DNA of 64,000 nucleotides from Vampirovibrio chlorellavorus (GTDB lineage Bacteria; Cyanobacteriota; Vampirovibrionia; Vampirovibrionales; Vampirovibrionaceae): NCBI GenBank assembly GCA_903866275.1, contig CAIPMU010000003.1, positions 1,805 to 65,804 of the forward strand, read 5' to 3'. Shown piece by piece: positions 56,515 to 64,000 of this stretch (position 1 is its first letter; each line of letters starts with the position of its first letter). The notes under the pieces were generated by a model. It saw only the letters and a program-made list of their open reading frames with translations, ran no database searches and was not told where the DNA came from. The position numbers and the translations under genes were made by a program.

Positions 56515-58299
56515 ATGGATAAACGCAAGACAAATCGAACGGCTCGAAGCCGAACCCACATTCAGCGTGTCGATGCGACATGGTCGGCGCTGCGTGCTTC
56601 GATTGCTTCCGGGAAAACGGTGCTGACCACTGGTGATGCCCCGGAATCTTTGGTGCGGGCCGTATTGGACTTGCCGCCTGCCTCCAGCAAATCGGTGATG
56701 CGTCCCTCGCCACCCGTTAAAGCGTTTACGCCCGAAGACTGGATGCTCCGCGAGCTGGCCTGCGCGCGTGAGTTTAACTTTGAATTGCCCGCCGATTTGC
56801 CCGCCGGGGTTTGGCGCATGGAACAGGCCATCTGTACCCTGTTGGGTGTTGAGCGCTGTGTGATGCTACACTTTGACGAGGAAACCGGGTTGTATACCAG
56901 CCTGACCGAGCTCACGGAACCGCAAGGGCAAGGCTTGGGTTTTGCCGAGCTGGGCGAATCCCATCTGGCGACCTTGCTGGGTCTGCCGACGGACACGACT
57001 CAGGTGGTTTTGCAAAGTCATCTCTTGCAGGAAAACGGGGAGTTTATCGGGTTGTTGGCTGTGGCCGAGAAATCCGACGGAGAAGCCCTTGGCGCTGTCG
57101 ATCAGCGGATGCTGGATCTGGTGGCCTCTTATCTGGCCAGTAAAATGAGTAGCTTTATGCACATGCGGGCTGCCCAGACGACGCCTTACATTCAGCGCAT
57201 CGTGCTGGGGCTGGCCGAGCGGCTGATTACCGCCGTGGATCAGGATGCCATTATTAGCCTGTTGCTGGATGCTTTTGTGCGTCAGTTGGGTTTTGAAGCC
57301 TGCCAGTACGTTGGGTTCAACCCTGAAAGTGGCATTGGCGAAGTGCTTTATGAGAGCAAACGCAGCGCCACGCAGCCGGAAACCATTCGGGTGCAGAGTT
57401 TTAGTCACGCTGGACTGGAAGGCAAGCGTCGTCCCATTCGGGAGTACCCCAATCTGGTGGGCCTGATCTCCTCGATGGCGCGGAATCGGTTTTATTTGCA
57501 TCTCAACGGCAAAAAACTGGGTAATCGCTCGCTGGGCGATGTGTTTGGCATTCGCGGGTTGCAATCTGCCCTGTTATTGCCCGTGGTGGATGCCATGACC
57601 GGGGAGATTCGCGGGACCATCAATCTGTTTAAAATCACGGAGCCCTTTATCTCCGATGACAGCCGGGACATTGCGCGGGAATCCGTCCAGTTGGCCTCGC
57701 AGGCGCTTAGTCGGGCCGTGGTGCTGGAAAAAGCGCTGGCCATGGCTTCCAGTGATGAACTGACTGGCCTGATCAATCGCCGGGGTTATTATCAACGTTT
57801 TGAGGCGGAGCTGGAACGCGCTCGCCGTCATCAAACGCCGCTTTGCGTGGCCCTGATTGACGTGGATCACTTCAAGCGCTTTAACGACAATTACGGCCAT
57901 TTAAGCGGCGATCTGGTGCTGAAGGCGCTGGCGGAATTGTGTACCCAAAACACCCGCAAAAGTGACGTGGTTTGCCGGTTTGGCGGCGAAGAGTTCGCCG
58001 TGCTACTCCCAGACACCAGTTTGAAATCGGCCATGGAGCTGATGGAGCGGGTGCGCCATAACGTGGAGCGCTTGCAGGTCAAAGGCTTTAACGGCGAAGC
58101 GTTGAATATCACCATCAGCGTGGGCTTGGCCGAGGTGAATACCCAGCCGCGGGCCAGTCATGGGCGTACCGAGATTTCTGATGCCCTGGCCAGTGCGGAT
58201 GAACAGCTGTATGTGGCCAAAAATAACGGCCGCAATCAGGTTTGCTATCGGAACCTGAGTCAGGAGCAGGATTTATCTCCGTCTCAGCAGGCGGGTTGA
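56515..58299 (+). CDS. Diguanylate cyclase, GAF-GAF-GGDEF
   Basis: C-terminal GGDEF domain with RxGGEEF (VVCRFGGEEFAVLL) and an intact I-site-like RxxD; two N-terminal GAF-like regions. Confidence 0.85.
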   Translation: MDKRKTNRTARSRTHIQRVDATWSALRASIASGKTVLTTGDAPESLVRAVLDLPPASSKSVMRPSPPVKAFTPEDWMLRELACAREFNFELPADLPAGVWRMEQAICTLLGVERCVMLHFDEETGLYTSLTELTEPQGQGLGFAELGESHLATLLGLPTDTTQVVLQSHLLQENGEFIGLLAVAEKSDGEALGAVDQRMLDLVASYLASKMSSFMHMRAAQTTPYIQRIVLGLAERLITAVDQDAIISLLLDAFVRQLGFEACQYVGFNPESGIGEVLYESKRSATQPETIRVQSFSHAGLEGKRRPIREYPNLVGLISSMARNRFYLHLNGKKLGNRSLGDVFGIRGLQSALLLPVVDAMTGEIRGTINLFKITEPFISDDSRDIARESVQLASQALSRAVVLEKALAMASSDELTGLINRRGYYQRFEAELERARRHQTPLCVALIDVDHFKRFNDNYGHLSGDLVLKALAELCTQNTRKSDVVCRFGGEEFAVLLPDTSLKSAMELMERVRHNVERLQVKGFNGEALNITISVGLAEVNTQPRASHGRTEISDALASADEQLYVAKNNGRNQVCYRNLSQEQDLSPSQQAG

Positions 58300-58310
58300 T
58301 TCTAACCGCT

Positions 58311-59396
58311 TCAGCTGATGCCCGTTTTCAGAATATCGTGCATGTGCACGGCGCCCAGTGGGCGGCCATCTTCATGGCAGCTGATCAGTACGGTGATTTT
58401 GTGTTCTTCCATCAGGCGCAGGGCAGTCACAGCCAGCTCGTGGGCATCAATGCGCTTGGGGGAACGGGTGATGACTTCCATCAGGGGGATTTCTCGGGGA
58501 TCGCTAAAGCGGGTCAGCGCGCGGCGCACGTCTCCGTCGGTGAGGATGCCAGCCATCCGGCCTGCGTCATCCACCACAATGGCCATGCCCAGTTTTTTCA
58601 GACTCACCTGCATCAGGGCGTCTAAAAATGGGGTGTTCAGGGTCACGATGGGCAGCGCGTCCCCTTGATGCATCACATCGGCTACTTTCAGCAGCAGACG
58701 CTTGCCCAAATTACCCGAGGGGTGGAACAGGGCAAAGTCGTTTTCGGTAAAGCCCCGGCGTTCCAGTAAAATCACCGCCAGTGTATCGCCCAGCGCCAGT
58801 GTGGCCGTGGTGCTGGCCGTGGGGGCTAGGCCCAGCGGGCAAGCCTCTTGCCGCACGGCGATATTGAGAACCACATCGGCCTGCTGGGCCAGCGTGGATT
58901 GAGGCTTGCCGGTCATGGCAATGAGAGGGACCCCAAAGCGCTTGACCAGTGGCAGAATGCCCAGAATTTCCGGCGTTTCTCCGCTGTTGGAGATGGCGAT
59001 GACCACGTCCTGCTTCATCAATACACCCAGATCCCCGTGGCTGCCCTCGGCGGGATGCAGGAAGTAGGCCGGGGTACCTGTGCTGGAGAGTGTGGCGGCA
59101 ATCTTCTTGCCGATCAGCCCGGATTTCCCCATGCCGGTGATGATCACACGTCCGGTGCAGGCTTCCATCAGTTCGATGGCTCGCACAAAGTGGTTGTCCA
59201 TCTGACTTTTCAGGTCTTCCAGCGCCTGAATTTCAATGTCCACAATGCCGCGCGCACGGGCCAGCATGGCTTCGCCCGACGTGGCAACCGCAGGCTGGTC
59301 GGCGGACTGGTATGGCGTTGCATCGGCAATCGCTTGTGAACCGGATGGGTTGGAAGAGATAGAGGGCATGAGGATCATCCTGAACAGTTTACGCAC
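58311..59396 (-). CDS. kdsD: KpsF/GutQ-family sugar-phosphate isomerase (arabinose-5-phosphate isomerase; SIS + tandem CBS)
   Basis: SIS motif VIITGMGKSGLIGKKIAATLSSTGTPAYF; C-terminal CBS pair. N-terminal ~40 aa may be an over-extension. Confidence 0.85.
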   Translation of the reverse strand: MRKLFRMILMPSISSNPSGSQAIADATPYQSADQPAVATSGEAMLARARGIVDIEIQALEDLKSQMDNHFVRAIELMEACTGRVIITGMGKSGLIGKKIAATLSSTGTPAYFLHPAEGSHGDLGVLMKQDVVIAISNSGETPEILGILPLVKRFGVPLIAMTGKPQSTLAQQADVVLNIAVRQEACPLGLAPTASTTATLALGDTLAVILLERRGFTENDFALFHPSGNLGKRLLLKVADVMHQGDALPIVTLNTPFLDALMQVSLKKLGMAIVVDDAGRMAGILTDGDVRRALTRFSDPREIPLMEVITRSPKRIDAHELAVTALRLMEEHKITVLISCHEDGRPLGAVHMHDILKTGIS

Positions 59397-59567
59397 AGCG
59401 TGGGTACACGAGTCAAACTTTAAAAAACCAATCCGATTCTACCATTGACCGGCAGACTCGCCCAATTGCTTTTGCCGGTTACAAAGGTCTAACTCAAAAA
59501 CAGGCGGCCCGACTGTTGTGGGGCCGCCTGCTCAGTGTTTCATTTGCGGAATTTTGATTTCAGCGCC

Positions 59568-60236
59568 CTAGAATTCAGGGCCGTGTTTTTTCTCTTTCTT
59601 TTCTACTTTTTCCAGCACACGAATGTGTTCCACATCAATCCAGGGCTCATCCAGCGCGGTACTGAATTCGGTGCCGATGATCTGGATTTTGTCGCCGGTA
59701 TCCAGATCCATTACCTCCTGGCTTTTTTTGCGGGGGAAGAAGAGTTTCATTTCTGCCATTGGAATGGTGTGATCCGTGACATCCGGGCGTAGGATGAAAA
59801 AGGTTACATAATCGCGGGAATCGCGGAACGCTTTTTTGTAGTCGAGCGCAATGTCCGCAAAGCGGTTAAAGGTGCCGGTAAAGGTCACTTTCTTGTTCAG
59901 GTACTGGGTCGGGTTGCTCATCACCGCCAGCGGGTCTACTTTGGCGGCTGTGGGCAGGCTGGCATCGAATTCTTTCTTGAGGGTTTCCTTGTCTTTGACA
60001 TCCTTGCCCTTGTCTGCGGCGGTTTTATCGCTGGCGGGCGCGCCGGATTTTGGGGCATCGTTCTTGTTGGCGGGGGTCACTTTGGTTTTAATGGCCGACA
60101 ACGATCCCGCGGTGGCATGGGGCGCTGGCTTGGCGAGGGCAACGCCCGCCGTTGCGGACAAGGCCACCAGCACTGATAAACAGACGGGTATCACCCGGGT
60201 TGAAATAGAGTTTTGCTTGAGTTGAACGCTTTGCAT
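59568..60236 (-). CDS. Hypothetical secreted protein (signal peptide; K/A/D-rich linker; C-terminal beta-rich domain)
   Basis: Signal peptide ...ATAGVALA; no recognisable motif. Confidence 0.5.
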   Translation of the reverse strand: MQSVQLKQNSISTRVIPVCLSVLVALSATAGVALAKPAPHATAGSLSAIKTKVTPANKNDAPKSGAPASDKTAADKGKDVKDKETLKKEFDASLPTAAKVDPLAVMSNPTQYLNKKVTFTGTFNRFADIALDYKKAFRDSRDYVTFFILRPDVTDHTIPMAEMKLFFPRKKSQEVMDLDTGDKIQIIGTEFSTALDEPWIDVEHIRVLEKVEKKEKKHGPEF

Positions 60237-60464
60237 TGATTCCCATCCTATGGCTCATAACTGGTACGGGGTAGCTTATTGAAACTTGTATCTCACTCGA
60301 ATGCTGGGGTTCAGCTGTGTCCGGGCTGATGTTGAGGCTCTGTATTGCCCCAGGAGAGAAGCTTCTTCCTTGCCAGCCTGCATGAAAATTGCCCCTGCTG
60401 TTCGGGAGAATGCTCCTTGAGCAACTGACCCTCTATTATATCCGAGTTTGCTCTGGCCCCTATT

Positions 60465-61481
60465 TTACCTCTTTCCGGGTGTGATTGGTATCGCGGGCAG
60501 AAAGGTGTCCTGATGTGCAGGCTGGCTTTTGGGCTTGACGACTGCGGGACTGCCCGTTGTTGCGGTGCCTGTGTTGCTATTGGTATTGGCCCGAGACGAC
60601 TGGGGCACCAAAATGGTTCCCTGCACTCGCGTTTCAACGGCCATGGCTTGACCCAGGCTTTGGGCCAGTTCGGCGGCGGTATTGGCGCTGTAAAACTTGC
60701 CTTTGGTGCCTAGAGCCACGCACCGTAGTTGCTTGGTTGCCGCATAATCCTGCAAGCCCAGTCCAATGACGTTGATTTTGGCATTGATTCCCATTTGCTG
60801 AAGCCGAACGGCGACATGGCAGGGGTCCTCCCCACAAGTTTCAATCCCGTCGCTGATCAGGATAATGGTCTTTTGTCCATTGACCATCTGAAAGTCTTCT
60901 TCCAGAGAGCGCAGCAGGGTATAGCTGATGGGGGTCATGCCCGTGGGCTGAATGCCGATCATTTTGCTGGCGATCAGGTTGCGGTTGCTTTGGCCCAGTG
61001 GCACCAGCACACTGGTGGCATGGCAGGAGCTGAACGGACTGGTAGAGTTTCCGTAGATGCGCAAGCCCACCCGAATATCGGGTGAGAGGTTTCGGAGCAC
61101 GTCCAGTACGGTGCGCTTGGCCGCGGACATCTTGCTTTCGCTCCCCGAGCCAATGTTTTCCGACATGGAGTCCGAGTCATCCAGAATGATCATGACGTTC
61201 TGCGCGCCCTGGGCTTGCGCGGCAGTCGTGCTGAGCTTGTTCTGGTAAGCTGCTCCCGCAATGCCGCTTCCGGGTGGTGGGGCTTGATTGGAGCGAAGCG
61301 GATAGGCGTTGGGGTAAGGGCTATACGAGGCCGGTTGAAAGCCGGAAGGCATTTGCTGTGCTTGGGCGCTGTTGGGCCAAAAGCCCTGCCCGGCTGAGAT
61401 CAGCAGACTGAGTGTGATCATGGAGAACAAGGCCATGCCCGATAAAGGGCTTGAGCAATGATTCGGTTGTTCCAACGGCAT
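60465..61481 (-). CDS. VWA domain protein with N-terminal TM/signal and C-terminal disordered tail
   Basis: MIDAS DDSDSMSE (DxSxS) plus T and D ligands (ISDGIE). Confidence 0.7.
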   Translation of the reverse strand: MPLEQPNHCSSPLSGMALFSMITLSLLISAGQGFWPNSAQAQQMPSGFQPASYSPYPNAYPLRSNQAPPPGSGIAGAAYQNKLSTTAAQAQGAQNVMIILDDSDSMSENIGSGSESKMSAAKRTVLDVLRNLSPDIRVGLRIYGNSTSPFSSCHATSVLVPLGQSNRNLIASKMIGIQPTGMTPISYTLLRSLEEDFQMVNGQKTIILISDGIETCGEDPCHVAVRLQQMGINAKINVIGLGLQDYAATKQLRCVALGTKGKFYSANTAAELAQSLGQAMAVETRVQGTILVPQSSRANTNSNTGTATTGSPAVVKPKSQPAHQDTFLPAIPITPGKR

Positions 61482-62115
61482 GGGTCACGCTCTCTTTCTG
61501 TGATTCTCTGCGGTTAGAGGACGCGTAGCAGACCTGAAATGTTCCCTTTGGAAGCGGCTATACTGAGCCTGAGCCATGACGCAGGTTGGACTGGCGGATT
61601 GATTGCCCGGTCTGTCCCTGTTTGTCTGTGGCGCTTTCAGGTGTTTTAGTGGTGCGGGCTTGCACCGGTTCCCCTCACGTTTTAACGACTGTCCTGTTGG
61701 CCAGCATATTTTATCAGGGTTTTACCAGCCAACTTGCATGACCGGATGCCTAATAAAAAGCCATCAGCCGATTTTGTTCTTATATTCTACCATTTTAATG
61801 GCGCCGCCTTGGAAATTGGCGGCTCTCTCACTTTGGTTGGTTTGGATCGTAGTGGGCGAGCTGTGTGCGGAGTGTGCCAGGGTGGTTTTGAAAAAATAAG
61901 CAAAAAAAAATCTCTTGCGGTGAGGGGGAAAGATGCAAGAGATTTGGATAGAGAGAGGCAGTATTTAAATGAGAGAGTTTATGTTGTTTTGGTGTGTGTT
62001 TGATTTGTTACTGTCTTTAATTCTCGTGAATCTTTTGAATTGATCTGTAGGGTAATCTTTTTACAAAAGTTAATCATGATGTGAAAAAGATAAGGTGTTT
62101 AAAAGGGGTAAGAGA

Positions 62116-62211
62116 ATCAGCTTTGGAATGAGGGCTGGTTTAGCTGATTGGTATTAGGGGGCAAGCCCCCTAATACCAATCAGCTAAACCAGCCCTCATT
62201 CCAAAGCTGAA
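62116..62211. repeat. 96-bp perfect palindrome (about 46-bp arms, 4-nt loop) immediately 3' of the matrixin-like gene
   Basis: tcagctttggaatgagggctggtttagctgattggtattaggggg-caag-ccccctaataccaatcagctaaaccagccctcattccaaagctga. Confidence 0.6.
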
Positions 62212-62219
62212 TCCAAACT

Positions 62220-63782
62220 TCAGGGATTGCGGGTTGTGTTCTGCTGAATGCGAGCCTGAATGCGAGCCACATCCTGTGAGTGGGCGGCGCTGGGCTGATA
62301 GATGAGGAAGGTGTTCAGGGCGTTGCGGGCTTGTCCATTCTGACCCAGGTTGGCCAGGTACCAGGCCTGCAGCATGTAAAACTCGGCTTCATGGGGTTCA
62401 ATCTGGCTGGCGTGCTGAATATCTTCCAGCGCATGGCTGTATTCGCCCAGTTCCTGATAGACCAGGCTGCGTTTATGATAGCCAAGGGCGTTGTTGGGCT
62501 CCAGAAGAATGGCTTTGCTGGTGGCTTCCAACGCTTTGATATAAAGCGGGTGGTTTTGGCTGGCCTGATCCGCAGAGAGGTTTTTGGATTTCTGGTAATA
62601 GGCGACCCCCAGATTGAGCCAGTTCAGGGCGGAGCCCTTTTCATTGGCGAGTTTTTCGAGTCGCTGCAGGTCCTGCTCGGCTTTTTTGTCCAGTGCGGCT
62701 TGCCGATTGGGATCTACAACCCGCGAGTCAGGGGGTAAGTTATCCACATCGGCAGCCTTGCTATAGAGTTGTCGCAGGGTGTTTCTGTCTCGTTTTGTTG
62801 GCATCACAACGGATTCGTTTTGAGCGTACATAATATCCTTGGGGTTATCACTGTGGCCCAACAGGCCCAAGCCATGCCCGAATTCGTGGACTGCAACGGC
62901 GTAGATGGTTTCGCTGCTTTGGGGGTGTCCCTGAATGTCAAAGGTGGCCAAACGAATGTCCATGCCTTGTAACTGGCTGTTACTAACCTTGGGCAGGGTA
63001 AGCCCGGCGGTGTAATCGGTGCCCGATTCGTCCTGATGGCCACGGGTATCAATCCCATTAACCCAGGTGACCCGCAGGTCGGCCTGCTCCTTGTTACTGG
63101 TGGGCATAAAAGAGATCTGATGGTCCAGCACCGCTGTCCAGACATCCAGTGCTTGACGGACCCGACTGATATAAGCGGGCTGGAAATTTCGAATGCCTCG
63201 GGGGCTGGTTTCGATAAAGACCTTGAGGGGTTGTTTTTTGAGTGACCAGCGCACAATTTTTCCGCCCTCGGTGACGAGATCCAGATAGTTGTCGCCTTCG
63301 ATGGGGCTGCCCTGATAACGATCGGGCTTATCGGATAGGACTTGTCCAGCTTGCGCCCAGTGCTTGGGGTGGGTGCCATTCAGAATATTGCGAAGTTCCT
63401 GCAAGCCGACCTGAGAGAGTCGGGCCGCCTGAGAGTTGGGAGCAATCGCCAGCACCTTCTGGTATTCGGCCTGAGCCTCGCTAAAACGATCCAGCTTGAG
63501 GTAGCTGTCCGCCAGATAGTAGTGGAGGATCGGGCTATCGCTGCGTTTGGCCGCCTCCAGAAAGTAGCGGGCCGCTGTGTCGTAGTGTCTTTCGGCGTAG
63601 AGTTTCAGGCCCATGTCAAAGCTATCTGCCCAGGCCGGTAGACCAGCGCAGGCAAGTAACAGCCCAAGAGCCAGGTAGTGAGGAATCAGGTGGCGGTATG
63701 TTCGGCAGGAACGCAATGCCAGGCTCTGCCCAAAGGGCTGGAGCACTTTTTTACACTGTAGCAGGCTGGCAATTTTTTGCAT
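62220..63782 (-). CDS. Matrixin-like (M10) zinc metalloprotease domain flanked by TPR repeats, secreted
   Basis: HEFGHGLGLLGHSDNPKDIMY (HExxHxxGxxH plus Met-turn); N- and C-terminal TPR repeats; signal peptide. Confidence 0.7.
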   Translation of the reverse strand: MQKIASLLQCKKVLQPFGQSLALRSCRTYRHLIPHYLALGLLLACAGLPAWADSFDMGLKLYAERHYDTAARYFLEAAKRSDSPILHYYLADSYLKLDRFSEAQAEYQKVLAIAPNSQAARLSQVGLQELRNILNGTHPKHWAQAGQVLSDKPDRYQGSPIEGDNYLDLVTEGGKIVRWSLKKQPLKVFIETSPRGIRNFQPAYISRVRQALDVWTAVLDHQISFMPTSNKEQADLRVTWVNGIDTRGHQDESGTDYTAGLTLPKVSNSQLQGMDIRLATFDIQGHPQSSETIYAVAVHEFGHGLGLLGHSDNPKDIMYAQNESVVMPTKRDRNTLRQLYSKAADVDNLPPDSRVVDPNRQAALDKKAEQDLQRLEKLANEKGSALNWLNLGVAYYQKSKNLSADQASQNHPLYIKALEATSKAILLEPNNALGYHKRSLVYQELGEYSHALEDIQHASQIEPHEAEFYMLQAWYLANLGQNGQARNALNTFLIYQPSAAHSQDVARIQARIQQNTTRNP

Positions 63783-63918
63783 GGGAGGGCCTTAGTATAG
63801 TATTCATAATGAATAGTGCTGTCTAAAAGACACAGGCGGTCTGAAGGATCTATCGGCCATTGTTAGGGAAACTAAAACTTATTTTATTACAGCATAGGTA
63901 CTTTCGGAGGGCCGACTC

Positions 63919-64000
63919 GTGTTGGGTTTCCTGATTCCGCGATTGAGCACGCTGGAACAGCAGCCGGTGCTGGATACCGCCTTGCGGGATTTGTTGGGGA
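63919..64000 (+). CDS. Start of a + strand CDS running off the window end (function unknown)
   Basis: GTG-start ORF VLGFLIPRLSTLEQQPVLDTALRDLLG...; too short to classify. Confidence 0.2.
   Translation, partial: MLGFLIPRLSTLEQQPVLDTALRDLLG

Noticed and set aside
1-64000. CRISPR arrays, IS/transposase or integrase genes, prophage genes, rRNA
   Set aside because: No regularly spaced direct repeats and no recognisable transposase, integrase or capsid-like translations in any frame. The only long repeat is the single palindrome at 62116..62211.

Overview
Bacterial chromosomal segment of about 57% GC, dense in co-directional operons and probably from a Gram-negative, LPS-producing lineage. The LPS inference rests on a GT9 heptosyltransferase, a heptose-7-P kinase, KpsF/KdsD and an O-antigen-ligase-like protein. 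I found no transposases, integrases, CRISPR arrays or rRNA. Recognisable housekeeping content includes purM-purN, pfkA, class-A PBP, ylqF-rnhB-rplS, infC-rpmI-rplT (infC with its canonical ATT start), rsmG, pyrE, recO, crcB, tRNA-His(GTG) and tRNA-Leu(CAG). Accessory and regulatory content includes a MoxR-DUF58-VWA (BatA-type) operon, a CHASE2 sensor fragment, a hybrid-architecture histidine kinase with a LuxR-type response regulator, a GAF-GAF-GGDEF cyclase, TetR, pirin, NDH-2, a lipocalin, an MBOAT plus SGNH-like acylation pair, a GT2 plus UDP-GT plus MFS cluster, a prepilin-type protein, a STAND/NB-ARC-TPR NTPase, a secreted HExxH protein, and a VWA / matrixin-TPR cluster. The most unusual signals are: (i) a 34-aa leader peptide with 7 of 9 His codons followed by a rho-independent terminator, upstream of a 631-aa domain-less membrane protein, i.e. 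his-attenuator-like architecture controlling a non-his gene; (ii) long homopolymeric G/C tracts (G13, G9, G8, G7) sited at the pilin start, inside the SGNH acylation gene, in the MBOAT promoter and upstream of an AT-rich orphan gene, which suggests slipped-strand phase variation; (iii) a 96-bp perfect palindrome; (iv) an orphan secreted HExxH protein and an NTPase-TPR STAND protein. All functional calls come from reading the translations for motifs. No database searches were run.
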